From a virus (Duplodnaviria; Caudoviricetes), in IMG/VR virus record IMGVR_UViG_3300037483_000378, positions 16,503 to 80,502 of that record: a DNA stretch of 64,000 bases; one strand, written 5' to 3'. The translations under genes and the position numbers were made by a program. This document shows positions 34,481 through 43,988 of the stretch, in pieces. Under the pieces are notes generated by a model. That model saw only the letters and a list, made by a program, of their open reading frames with translations, had not been told where the DNA came from and did no database searches. How positions within the stretch are numbered: position 1 is the stretch's first letter; each line of letters begins with the position of its first letter.

Positions 34481-35293
34481 TCAGGCTTCGAGCAGGAACG
34501 GCCGCACCTCCAGCACCAGCAGGCACTCGCCGCCGCTCGCCGCCCCGGCATTCGCGATGCTGAGCGTGTCGCCGACGATGAAGATGTCGTCGCCCGTCGC
34601 GTCGTCGATCGCCTGACGCTTCACGTAGCCGATCGCCGAACTGTTCGGCACCGTCACCGTGTCGTCCAGCGCCGTGCTGTTCTTGTCCACCGTCAGCACC
34701 ACGTCGCCGCCCGCGATGGCGATCGTCACCGTGGCGATCACGGCCACGAGCTTGAACGGGAACTGCACCGGCCACGCCGTCAGCAGATCCTCGGCATCGT
34801 CGATGAGCCCCTGGAACACCGGGATGTAGAGCGGGCTCGGCGAGAGTGACGGCTGGAAGATCTCCACCTGCACGCGCGTCGTGTTCGCCGAATACCGCTT
34901 CGCCACCCGACCGATCGCTCCGTACCCGTTCTCGCCGATCGCGATGACCTGCTGATCCATCAGGGCCGTCGGGCCAGCGTTGTCGTCCATCCCGACGAGG
35001 TCACCGACCTCGAACTGCGCCGCCGCGCAGTCGAACTCGTAGATCCCACCCTGGCCGATCGTGATGTCGTCCGTGTCCCCGCTTTCGCTCGCCTCTGCCG
35101 CCACGCCGATGAACTTCGCCGCGAAGTTCGCCTGCGTCGCCGCGAGGTTGCCCGACACGTACGTCAGACTCGATGCGGGACGCGCGTCGTCCGTGGCGAG
35201 GTAGATGGCATCACCGACCTCCACGACCTCCGCCGAGTCCACCGGCAGTCTGACCTTGCCAGCTGCCTTCCTGTAAAGCTGCCTGTTCGCCAT
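34481..35293 (-). CDS. capsid decoration/cement protein
   Basis: VEVGDAIYL...FIGVAAE...FEFD-type beta-tulip pattern. Confidence 0.7.
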   Translation of the reverse strand: MANRQLYRKAAGKVRLPVDSAEVVEVGDAIYLATDDARPASSLTYVSGNLAATQANFAAKFIGVAAEASESGDTDDITIGQGGIYEFDCAAAQFEVGDLVGMDDNAGPTALMDQQVIAIGENGYGAIGRVAKRYSANTTRVQVEIFQPSLSPSPLYIPVFQGLIDDAEDLLTAWPVQFPFKLVAVIATVTIAIAGGDVVLTVDKNSTALDDTVTVPNSSAIGYVKRQAIDDATGDDIFIVGDTLSIANAGAASGGECLLVLEVRPFLLEA

Positions 35294-35430
35294 CTGCGCT
35301 TCTCCATGCGAGCGTGGGTCTCATGAGCTTCGGCGCCGGGGCCGCTCGCCGCCTTCACCTTCCCCCGTTGGCGCGTACTAGACCCGGCGTGTCCGGGTCC
35401 AACCTTCGTGCTGCCCAGCCTCCGGCCATC

Positions 35431-36795
35431 TCAGCCGAAGAGCGATCCGTGCGCTTCCCTCACGTCCGTATCGGTAACGGACTTCTTGCCCTCTGCGTCC
35501 CCCAGGGCTTCCGTGATGCGCGCGGACGCCGGCTGCTTCGGCGTGCCGTTGCCGCTGCCCGCACCAGCAGGCTTCGCCACGGACTCGACGAGCGTCTTCC
35601 GCTCCGCGATCGCCGCGTCGATGGCCGCCTCGTCCGCCGCTTCCGTGAGCGTCTTGCGGAAGAGGTCCGTCACGGCCGCGTCCGGCAGCTTCGCCGCCGC
35701 GAGCTTCGTCTCGATGAGATCCTCGCGCACGCGCTGCGCCTCACGCACGTTCGCCTCGTCCACCTTCGCCGTCAGTGCCGCGTTGGCCGCCTTCAGCGCG
35801 TCGCGCTCTGCCTCCAGCGTCGCCACCGTGGCGGTCAGCGTCTTCGTCTCGTCGGTCTTGGCCAGCTCCGCCTTCGCCGCCTCGGTGAACGACGCTACCA
35901 GGTCCGGCCGGCCGGCCCGTAGCTGGTCGAGCGTGAGATCCTTCAGCTCCATTGTGCCCTCCTGGGTGTTGGTACCGCCGGCCGATCGGCTTTCCGTCGG
36001 CTCGAACACCGTCACGCGGCGCACCTTCTCCGGAGTGCCGAACGTCACGGATCCATCTTCCTGCTCCTCGTACGTCACGCGCCACGAGCCCTCCTGCGGC
36101 CCGTCCATGACGCAGAACACCAGCACCCCGTCCTCCGAGTACGTCGCCTCCACCCAGAGGTGTTCGCCGTACTTCGGGAACGCGGCGCGCACCTTGTCGC
36201 GCAGTACCGCCTGATTGTCCTGATCGCTCCCCTGAGCCGCCGCCTCGCCCGTCCGCGTCACGGCCTCGAAGAGCCCGGCCACCGTCGCGGGCTCCATGAC
36301 GAACTCCACGGCCTCGACGCTCAGGAGCGAGTCCACGCGATCCTTCCCGTCGTCCGTGCGCGTCAGCTCGCCCCGGGCACGGTGGCTCATCCCCGCCTGC
36401 TCCGGCATCTGCTTCGCGACCGAGAGCATGAGGCTCCGCGTCGGCTCGCGATCGAGCACCTCGATGTCGCCGCGCACGCGGTCCCCGACCTTGCGAGGGT
36501 TCCGCACGCGACCGGCGAAGTCATGGACGGACCGGATGCCGCCGCGCGCGTCCAGCTCGTCGTCCGTGGGGTGGTCGATGTAGACCGGTGCCCCGTCGTA
36601 GAGGCGCACCGCATCCTGCATGGCCTGCTCGCTGTAGACGCGGTTGTTCAACGACGTGCGCCCGAGCAGCGACACGTTCTGGATCACGAGCCCGTTCACC
36701 TCTGCTTCCGCGAGCGGCAGGCCGGGCTCGTACGACTCGATGAATCTCGTGACCCTGTTCGGTTCCGCTAAACCGCCCTTCGCCTTCTCCGTCAT
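35431..36795 (-). CDS. prohead protease-scaffold fusion
   Basis: SLNNRVYS...VYIDHP...GMSH...SVEAVEFVMEPAT; coiled-coil C-terminus. Confidence 0.85.
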   Translation of the reverse strand: MTEKAKGGLAEPNRVTRFIESYEPGLPLAEAEVNGLVIQNVSLLGRTSLNNRVYSEQAMQDAVRLYDGAPVYIDHPTDDELDARGGIRSVHDFAGRVRNPRKVGDRVRGDIEVLDREPTRSLMLSVAKQMPEQAGMSHRARGELTRTDDGKDRVDSLLSVEAVEFVMEPATVAGLFEAVTRTGEAAAQGSDQDNQAVLRDKVRAAFPKYGEHLWVEATYSEDGVLVFCVMDGPQEGSWRVTYEEQEDGSVTFGTPEKVRRVTVFEPTESRSAGGTNTQEGTMELKDLTLDQLRAGRPDLVASFTEAAKAELAKTDETKTLTATVATLEAERDALKAANAALTAKVDEANVREAQRVREDLIETKLAAAKLPDAAVTDLFRKTLTEAADEAAIDAAIAERKTLVESVAKPAGAGSGNGTPKQPASARITEALGDAEGKKSVTDTDVREAHGSLFG

Positions 36796-36938
36796 CCGTG
36801 CTCCCGTGCCGGGTAGGAGTCGAGGCCCCGTAAACGCAGAAAGCCTCGACCGCCAGCGCCTTTCGGCTACTGGAGGTCGAGGCTTCCGTTTGTGCGGGTC
36901 AGCCCGCGCGCTCGGCGCGTCTGTACTCTACAGGGTTA

Positions 36939-36967
36939 CCTATAACCCTCCACCGCAGATACGTAAA
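36939..36967 (-). promoter_or_regulatory. promoter-like motif overlapping a 7-4-7 palindrome
   Basis: TTTACG-17-TATAGG; AGGGTTA-CCTA-TAACCCT at 36932-36949. Confidence 0.4.
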
Positions 36968-36971
36968 GGGC

Positions 36972-37637
36972 TCAGCCGCATGCCGGTCTTTCCCGGAGCT
37001 TGCGGATCGCCGTACTGCGGATCTGACTCACCCGGCTTTCCGTGACCCCGAGATGGTCTGCGATCTCGCGGAGCCGGTACCCAAAAAGGTCGTGAGCGCT
37101 GAGCACGAAGCTCTCCCGGCCCCCAAGCTCGGCGAGAAGGCGCTCGACGGTCACGACGGCGAGAGCGCGTACGCTCGGGTCCGGGAAGTCAACGCGGCCA
37201 TCTGCCGCCTCGATCGGCGCCGCATGACTGGCAGCGGCTAGTCGGTCACGTAGACTGTTGACCGCCTCTGCCGTCATCTTTAGCTCGACGGCAAGCTCAG
37301 GGGCGGTAGCTTCCCGCTCCAGCGCTTGGGCGATAACCCTCCGGGCGCGCGTGAGCTTCCGGCCCGCAGTTCGCAGCCCGCGCGACGCGATGTCCCTATC
37401 CCTCAACCCATCGGCGATCGCCCATCTGATGCGCGGTACGAGGTAGGTAGACGGCGCGTGCCCGGCCCCTGGGTCCCAGCGCTCAGCAGCCCGCAGCAAG
37501 CCTACGAACCCGTCAGAGATCATGTCGCTGAAATCGCATGAGCCGGCATGACCCGCGACGCGCGCGGCCTCACGATAGACCAAGCCGAGGTTCGCCTCAA
37601 CCAAGGCATCGCGCGCGCCGTCTGCAGCCACGGTCAC
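36972..37637 (-). CDS. RNA polymerase sigma factor, FliA/WhiG-like
   Basis: region 2 LVEANLGLV...DMISDGFVGLLRAAERWDP; region 4 LREIADHLGVTESRVSQIRSTAIRKLR. Confidence 0.9.
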   Translation of the reverse strand: MTVAADGARDALVEANLGLVYREAARVAGHAGSCDFSDMISDGFVGLLRAAERWDPGAGHAPSTYLVPRIRWAIADGLRDRDIASRGLRTAGRKLTRARRVIAQALEREATAPELAVELKMTAEAVNSLRDRLAAASHAAPIEAADGRVDFPDPSVRALAVVTVERLLAELGGRESFVLSAHDLFGYRLREIADHLGVTESRVSQIRSTAIRKLRERPACG

Positions 37638-37840
37638 GGGTCCTCGCTCGCCCGGCGCGAACGGCGTGCTTCCGTTAGGTCATGCCCGCCGTTCGGCGAC
37701 GTGGGCCGACGCACCTCGTTGACCGTGTACTTCAGCACCATGCCGCCGGAACAGTGGAGCACGATCTGCCCGGCGAAGCCGTCCGGTATCCTCACCGTGG
37801 TCCGGCCCTTCGCGCTTTCCACGCCGACGTGATCTACCAT
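37634..37840 (-). CDS. small protein, DUF2292/YezD-like
   Basis: FAGQIVLHCSGGMV..VNEVRR; 68 aa. Confidence 0.5.
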   Translation of the reverse strand: MVDHVGVESAKGRTTVRIPDGFAGQIVLHCSGGMVLKYTVNEVRRPTSPNGGHDLTEARRSRRASEDP

Positions 37841-38943
37841 CTACTTCCTCCATTCCCGACCGGTAGATCCTTCAGCGGGATAACCTGGAAGTCCTTCACC
37901 ATGTCCGTGATCTTCATCTTGCCGCTCTTGTACAGTTCGTAGCGAGGCGCGCCGAGATATTTCTTCTGGAACGCCGCGTCCTGCCGCTTGAACCACTCCG
38001 AGTACGTCACCGTCCCGGGCACACGCCCGTCCATCGCCGCGCGCTCCTGCGGGCGCAGGTCCTCCGCGTCGAGCCCCATGTCCTGCCAGCTCTTGAGCAC
38101 GGGGGCCATGAAGCCCCGACAGTTCCCGTGGTACGGTGGGAACTGAATGGGGTCGGCGTCAGGAAGCAGCACTACTCCGTCGCGAGCTGCGCACACGAGA
38201 CAGGTGAGGTCATCAAGGGTCTCGACTACCATCACGCTCTCCACCGTCTGCGCGTTGCGCCGGTAGCTTGCGAGCAGCGCGTCGTTCGCCACCCTCCCGG
38301 ATTCGGTGCGCAGCGTCGCCACCACGCGCGCCTGATACTCGGTCCCGATGATCTGACCGAACTTCCTGTCCAACCCCTTGCCCGTGAGTCCACGCGAGCG
38401 CGCAGCTCGTGCCGTCTCCGCGAGCTTGATCTCCGCTTCTGCCGCACCGCGGCCCAACCGCCGGTGCCACACAGAGCCGTGATATGGCGTGTCTACGAGC
38501 GCTGCGATGTCCGCCCCGGTCGGCTCCCACGGCTTCCAGCCCACGGCGCGAGGGATGGCCCCGTCGAGCAGGGCGTTTTGGGCTGCAACCTCGACGCGTG
38601 CCACCTCGCTGAGCCCTGCCCGGAGCTTCGACGTCACAGCCGTCTCCACGCCTGCCATCACCGTACCGATCTCGCGTTCGAGGTTGCGCAGCTGGGCGAG
38701 CGGCAATCCGGAAAGATCCGCCAGGTGGGGCCCGCCGATGGCATTGAGCGCGGCCCTCAATTGACCGCGCGCTGCGGTGATGGGTGCCACGACGCCGCGC
38801 ACGATCCCGTTCTCCACGCGGAACAACTCGTGACGGTGCCGAAGCAGCGAGTCCATGAGCACCTCGTTGAGACTCCCGCCCAGCTTCCCTCTGTCCACGT
38901 CGAGGGGCAGGGGGATCTTCGGAGCGGCTTCGAAGACGAACAC
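37834..38943 (-). CDS. minor head protein (MuF/gp7-like)
   Basis: TLRTE...ETLDDLTCLVCAARDG...PPYHGNCR. Confidence 0.9.
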   Translation of the reverse strand: MFVFEAAPKIPLPLDVDRGKLGGSLNEVLMDSLLRHRHELFRVENGIVRGVVAPITAARGQLRAALNAIGGPHLADLSGLPLAQLRNLEREIGTVMAGVETAVTSKLRAGLSEVARVEVAAQNALLDGAIPRAVGWKPWEPTGADIAALVDTPYHGSVWHRRLGRGAAEAEIKLAETARAARSRGLTGKGLDRKFGQIIGTEYQARVVATLRTESGRVANDALLASYRRNAQTVESVMVVETLDDLTCLVCAARDGVVLLPDADPIQFPPYHGNCRGFMAPVLKSWQDMGLDAEDLRPQERAAMDGRVPGTVTYSEWFKRQDAAFQKKYLGAPRYELYKSGKMKITDMVKDFQVIPLKDLPVGNGGSRW

Positions 38944-38949
38944 CTCGCG

Positions 38950-40521
38950 CTACTCCTCGCCGCTGCCTGGCGGCACGGCCCCGCCTCCTATCCTACCGAG
39001 CCGCTCGAACGCGCGATCCATCTCCTCGTCCATCTTCTGCACCTCCGCGTCGTAGTCGAGCCCCTCGTCCGTCGCCCAGCTGCGCTTCGACAGGATGCCG
39101 CCCTCGCTCTTGGTCAGGTTCGCCTGCGCGTGCTTCACCTCGTCGCGCACCTCGATGTTCGGCCACTGCACCTCGACCCCCATGCTATCGAGGTCGGACC
39201 GCTTCAGCCGCTTCCCGAACGCACCGTACTCCGCTGCGTCCTCGTACACCCACCGCCACACGCGCTCGTACCGGGGCGTGAAGAAGTCTTGCCAGCCCTT
39301 GAACTCTCGGAACGCCGGCCCCTCGCTCACCAGCGTCGATGAGTAGTTGGCGTTCGACGAGTCACCGGTGAACATGTACTCCGGGATTCCCGTAGCCGCC
39401 GCCATGTTGAGCATCAGCCTGCGCCCGTCGTGTTGGGCGTCCTGGGCCTGAAGGTTGGGGGCAAGGAACGCGTAGTCGATGTTCGGCCCGGACGTCACCG
39501 TTGTACCGGGCCTCGGCATCCGCACGCGCGAGTCGTTCGATGAGTCGTCGCGTTGCGCGGCCTGACGGTCTCGGAGCGCCTGCACGGCTGCTGAGTTGAG
39601 GTTGCTCAGCTTCCGCACCATCACCACGGCGGAACGGTACATTGAGAGCGCGATGCGGTAACGCACCCACTCCTCGTACTGCTTGTCCCGCTGGAGGAGA
39701 ATCTCAAGCACGCTCCGGCCGCGAAGCACGTCGAGGTCCACGCCGACCTTTGCGTGCAACATTCGGTCCGCTGCCACCCACGTGCCGGTTCTAACGTCCG
39801 GGGGCGTCCACACGTACCCGAGCACGTGACGAACGTCCACGTCGCTCGTCACGATGCCCTCCCGGAACGTCCCAGTCGGGTCGTGGATCTGAGCAGGGTC
39901 GATGAGCCTGAGCAGGGTCATGCCCCTCGGGGCGCGCATCGCCTGGAGGTCACGCGCCTGGAACCCGTCGAAGCTGACGAGCGTACGCTGCTGCTGCGCG
40001 GTGAGCGAGTACGCGATGCCACCGTCATCCTCCTGCGTGAACCGCCGCGTGAACGTCTCGCCGTCCCGCCACGTGCGCGAGACGAACTCGTCCTCCATGT
40101 CGTACCACTGATTGATCAGCACGAACCGGCGCCACCACGCCTTCATCTCGTCACGAAGATTCTCGTCCTTCGTGTCTGGGACGAACGTTGGCCCTACACC
40201 GATGACGAATCGCTTCAGGGTCTTCAGGTACCCGCTCAGGAGCGGGGACCGATACGCAGCCTTGATGGCCTGCCGACGGAGCGTGTCAGCGTCCGTGGCA
40301 TCGAGCAGACGGCCCTCACCCGTACCAAATGCTGGGACGTACCCGTCGTCCTCCGGCTGCACCATGCGCACCGTGCGTTCCATCATCATGCTCGCGGCCT
40401 CAAGCTCCAGCCGGTCGAACCGTGCCCTCTGCTCCGCGAGCGCGCGCCGTTCGAGCGGAGCCCGCACCAGGCTGCGCGCCAGCTCCATGATCCCGGGCCG
40501 CCCGTCGTTCGTCGTGGCCAT
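38950..40521 (-). CDS. portal protein (lambda-like family)
   Basis: GLKRFVIG-type N-region, RDGETF, RGRS, AAATGIPEYMFTGDSSNANYSS. Confidence 0.9.
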   Translation of the reverse strand: MATTNDGRPGIMELARSLVRAPLERRALAEQRARFDRLELEAASMMMERTVRMVQPEDDGYVPAFGTGEGRLLDATDADTLRRQAIKAAYRSPLLSGYLKTLKRFVIGVGPTFVPDTKDENLRDEMKAWWRRFVLINQWYDMEDEFVSRTWRDGETFTRRFTQEDDGGIAYSLTAQQQRTLVSFDGFQARDLQAMRAPRGMTLLRLIDPAQIHDPTGTFREGIVTSDVDVRHVLGYVWTPPDVRTGTWVAADRMLHAKVGVDLDVLRGRSVLEILLQRDKQYEEWVRYRIALSMYRSAVVMVRKLSNLNSAAVQALRDRQAAQRDDSSNDSRVRMPRPGTTVTSGPNIDYAFLAPNLQAQDAQHDGRRLMLNMAAATGIPEYMFTGDSSNANYSSTLVSEGPAFREFKGWQDFFTPRYERVWRWVYEDAAEYGAFGKRLKRSDLDSMGVEVQWPNIEVRDEVKHAQANLTKSEGGILSKRSWATDEGLDYDAEVQKMDEEMDRAFERLGRIGGGAVPPGSGEE

Positions 40522-40638
40522 CGTCTCGGGTCCTCCCTGCCTCTACCGCTTAGGGGTTGATCGCTGTTCCAGGCGCCGTCCTGTAATCCCGCTCCCTCTT
40601 CGCCATGAGCATTCCGCTGCCAGCACCCGCTCGCGGAA

Positions 40639-40656
40639 GCGGTACCCGGGTACCGC
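40639..40656. promoter_or_regulatory. palindromic site GCGGTACCCGGGTACCGC
   Basis: 18-bp perfect palindrome; 14-bp core repeated at 47776, 48061, 48433. Confidence 0.6.
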
Positions 40657-40722
40657 CTCGGGGCAAGAACCCTACGGCCGCAAGGATTCCCCCGAGCACG
40701 ATCGACAAGAACCCGCGCCGGT

Positions 40723-41013
40723 TCATCGTCCGCCCCCCCGGATGCCGTGATCGTCGAACGGCCTGAGCTTCCCGTGAACCGGGATGATGTGCCGCTCCGC
40801 CGGCTCCGCCTCGCCGAGCGCGATCGCCACGTCCGTCGGCTTCACCATGCCGTCGATGGCGAGGGCTGCGCGATGGAGCATCCAGCTCGCCACCACCTTG
40901 TTGCCCGGTGTCACGCCGAGCACCCCGATCTTCCCGGTGTCCTGGTGGTACGCCACCTGCACGACCATCACCTTCTCGCCGTCCATGGCGTTCCCGTCCC
41001 CGTTCACCGTCAT
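40723..41013 (-). CDS. hypothetical protein
   Basis: 96 aa; GGAGG RBS; TATACT -10 at 41047-41052. Confidence 0.6.
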   Translation of the reverse strand: MTVNGDGNAMDGEKVMVVQVAYHQDTGKIGVLGVTPGNKVVASWMLHRAALAIDGMVKPTDVAIALGEAEPAERHIIPVHGKLRPFDDHGIRGGGR

Positions 41014-41064
41014 CGCCGTCCCCTCCGGTTAAGGTTCCTCGCGCCTAGTATAACCCCCCGCACC

Positions 41065-41385
41065 CTATGCGGCCCCTTCGCTCCTCAGGAGCACGTACCC
41101 ACAGCCCGGACACTCCCCCACCTTTCGGTACGCGTGCTCGCGCCGCGACGTCCTGATGATGAGCCGCGGTCCCTGCCACTCGGCCATGCCGGGCAACTCG
41201 GCCGTCATGCGCCCCACGAACCCGGGCGACACGGCCGTCTTGGCCGGAAAGGGGGCTGTCGTCCGCACCTCCAGCACGCGACCGTCCGCCGCGTCCCTCA
41301 CGAAGTTGAGCGCGATGCCACCCGTCACCCATTCGCGGCACACGCACTTGCTCTTGTCCTTCTTGGTCTTCCCGTTCGTGCTCAT
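41065..41385 (-). CDS. Zn-ribbon-like hypothetical protein
   Basis: CVC...ECPGCG. Confidence 0.5.
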   Translation of the reverse strand: MSTNGKTKKDKSKCVCREWVTGGIALNFVRDAADGRVLEVRTTAPFPAKTAVSPGFVGRMTAELPGMAEWQGPRLIIRTSRREHAYRKVGECPGCGYVLLRSEGAA

Positions 41386-41882
41386 CCCGGAGCCTCCCCT
41401 GGATCGGTGGCAGCCGCGAGCGCGACCGCTCGTTCGTCTCGTTCCCGCTTCCTTACTGCTGCCCACGGGCCCAACGGGCGCGCTGCCGCCCGTTCATCGC
41501 ATGCCGCGCACAAGAACGTGGAGAGCGGGTGCAGGCAGTCGGCGTAGAGCTTGCACCGGCAGGCCATGCAGCGCAGCCCCGTCCACCGTGCATTGCTGAG
41601 CGGCGGGCGATCGGGCTCCGGCTCTTTCGGCATGAAGGTCGGGGGCTGGCCGCTAGGCAGTTCCCGGCACGCCGCCTCGAATGCGCCCACGCCAGCAAAC
41701 GCTTCCGCGACCCGCGCGAACCAAAAGCGGGCCCACCGCATGACCATCATTTCGCGTCCCCCTTCGTTTCGTGTCCTACGCCGGGCCGTTTGGTCACGCC
41801 CTATGCGCGCCGCATCGGCATCGACTTCAACTTCGTAGACGTGCCCGCCGGGCACGACGCGCCGGGCGCGAAGGCGGCTCAC
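41382..41882 (-). CDS. hypothetical protein with CxxC pairs
   Basis: CMACRC...CAAC; coupled starts/stops. Confidence 0.45.
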   Translation of the reverse strand: MSRLRARRVVPGGHVYEVEVDADAARIGRDQTARRRTRNEGGREMMVMRWARFWFARVAEAFAGVGAFEAACRELPSGQPPTFMPKEPEPDRPPLSNARWTGLRCMACRCKLYADCLHPLSTFLCAACDERAAARPLGPWAAVRKRERDERAVALAAATDPGEAPG

Positions 41883-42466
41883 GTCTGCGTCCCCCTAAGC
41901 CACCGGAGCGTCGGGGCACCAAGCATATCCCGAGTCCTCCCGCTCATGCTCCGCACCCAGCCGCGCATCTTGTGCTCGTTCGCTGCCCACCCGCGCCACG
42001 CGTTGCCCGCATTTCGCCACGGCTTTGCATCGAAGAAGTGGGCAGTCACCGTCATGGGTATCCCACATAGCACGGCACGCCGCACGCCGAGCCCGCGCGC
42101 ACGAGCGACGGCGAGAAGCCCCGACGTGCTACCCCACGGGGCGATGACCACGTCCACGCCCGACCATGCCTGGTTCGAGCACACCTCATACCCGTCCGGG
42201 TACCCGCGCACTCGACGTAGCGCCTGCCACGTCCCGAGCTTCTCCGGGTGCCGCGTCACCCAATGATCGAGGCACCCTGCCCACGCGGCGCCAGCCTCGT
42301 TCGTGGCGATCACCGGACCGGCCGGCCACGACGCTTCGTTCTCCGTCGCGGGCGGCGCCCCGAGCAGGGTGAGCGCAGCACCCACGTCTTCCCACAGGCA
42401 GGCTGCACCCCCGAGGATGAGGGCAACGTCGTGGACCCCGACGTCCCCGACCGGATGCTCACGCAT
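41879..42466 (-). CDS. Maf/DUF115-like glycosyltransferase-fold protein
   Basis: ILGGAACL...IATNEA...STSGLLAV...AVLCGIPM. Confidence 0.6.
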   Translation of the reverse strand: MREHPVGDVGVHDVALILGGAACLWEDVGAALTLLGAPPATENEASWPAGPVIATNEAGAAWAGCLDHWVTRHPEKLGTWQALRRVRGYPDGYEVCSNQAWSGVDVVIAPWGSTSGLLAVARARGLGVRRAVLCGIPMTVTAHFFDAKPWRNAGNAWRGWAANEHKMRGWVRSMSGRTRDMLGAPTLRWLRGTQT

Positions 42467-42689
42467 CGTCAACGCCCGGATCTGGCAGGTAGGCCGCAAG
42501 CGAGCCTGTGCTGCCACGCCTGTCTTCTACATACCATCGGACCACGGACCCATTCTTCAGCGGAATCTCCCCGTTGTAGCTAGGGTTCGGCAGTGCGTTA
42601 CCGGCAGCTAACAGCACGTCCCGCAGCCACCACACCAACCGCTCCCACCAGCGTGGCTCGGGCACGGATAACCGCACGACCTCTTGCAT
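42459..42689 (-). CDS. hypothetical protein
   Basis: AAGGAGG RBS; 76 aa. Confidence 0.55.
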   Translation of the reverse strand: MQEVVRLSVPEPRWWERLVWWLRDVLLAAGNALPNPSYNGEIPLKNGSVVRWYVEDRRGSTGSLAAYLPDPGVDDA

Positions 42690-42776
42690 TCCCCCTCCTT
42701 TTCAGTGCTCAGCGCGCCAGTCGGCGCCGGAACGTGCAGCGGTTCAGGCAACGTACTCCCCTCGTCTTCGGCCATC

Positions 42777-43988
42777 TCATACCTCCAGGTTGCGACGCAT
42801 CGCTTCGTCGAACTCCGGTCGCCGATGCGAGCTGCGCGTCCGCCTGCCCACGTAGGGATCGAGCGTGGCGCCCACGTCCAGCAGCGATGCCCCCGTGGCG
42901 CGGAACTCCTCGTCACCCCACAGCCGGTAGATCATCATGTTGCTAGCCATCCCGCTCGCGAACAGCACCAGCGAGTCTGGCTCTCCTGCGGCAAGGCTAC
43001 GGACCGCATCGCACGTCTCGCCCACCACCTTCCAGGCGCTTCCGTCGCCAGGCACCTCCACGAGCGCCGTGGCGCCGAAGTGCTCGACTGGCAATTCACG
43101 CAGGCATGCTGGCCCCACGACCAACACCTTGCGCAGCCGCAGCGCTGCCAGCACCGGAGCGAACTCTCCGTGAACCGATGCGTTGGCCAGCGTCTCCTTG
43201 TGGACCCACCGCTCCGACGCCCCCAGGCCGTGCGTCGCGATCCAAGCCTCCACCTCACGCTGTAGCTTCCATCCCGGGTTCGTACCGCACAGGTACCCGG
43301 GGACGTGCTCCAGCAGCGTGCGCCGCAGCGCGTCGCGGATCACCGGGTCGTACGGCTCGCCGTTCACGTTGCCGCCGCGGTGTCCCAGCAGGCATCCCCA
43401 CTCGCCGTCACCATAGTTGGCCTGGGCGAACGGCTCGCAGGTCTCGATCATGCGCACGTAGTCCGCCACGGTGAACGTCCGGACGGGGAACGCCTGCGCT
43501 TCAGCGAACAGCACCTTCACTTCCTCGTTGAAGTCCCACTCGTCCGCCACCGTAACGCGGTAACCGAGTGCTGTGAACAGCGCGGTTAGCAGCGCGTGGA
43601 TGCGCTTGCTGTGCGTCTCGATGAGCCACGCCTCCGGGCGCGAAAGCGTGTCCGACGCCACGCGCAGCAGGTACTCCTCACCGCCCTCGATGTCCACCTT
43701 GACGATGTGCGGCAGGTACGTCGTGATCCACTCCTGGAAGCTCTTGTGGTTGACCATCTCGCCCACGGGCACGACGCGATGATCCGCGTCCGCCTTGGCC
43801 TCCAGACGTTCTGCTAGCTCCGGGTCCTTCTCGCTCACCACGACCTTCCTCGCGCCCATGGCGAAGAAGAAGTCTGCCGTGCTGCCTTCGTCCGCGCCGA
43901 CGTCGAGCACCACGGCATCCTCGTAGTCCGCAGCCCCGTACATGCGCGAGTAATTCCCATGCCTCGTCTTCCAGTCCGCCATCGTCAT
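42777..43988 (-). CDS. SAM methyltransferase (FkbM-like) fused to GT-D-like glycosyltransferase
   Basis: VLDVGADEG...KVDIEGGE; FAQANYGDGEW...LVVGP...LFASG...DVGATLD. Confidence 0.75.
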   Translation of the reverse strand: MTMADWKTRHGNYSRMYGAADYEDAVVLDVGADEGSTADFFFAMGARKVVVSEKDPELAERLEAKADADHRVVPVGEMVNHKSFQEWITTYLPHIVKVDIEGGEEYLLRVASDTLSRPEAWLIETHSKRIHALLTALFTALGYRVTVADEWDFNEEVKVLFAEAQAFPVRTFTVADYVRMIETCEPFAQANYGDGEWGCLLGHRGGNVNGEPYDPVIRDALRRTLLEHVPGYLCGTNPGWKLQREVEAWIATHGLGASERWVHKETLANASVHGEFAPVLAALRLRKVLVVGPACLRELPVEHFGATALVEVPGDGSAWKVVGETCDAVRSLAAGEPDSLVLFASGMASNMMIYRLWGDEEFRATGASLLDVGATLDPYVGRRTRSSHRRPEFDEAMRRNLEV

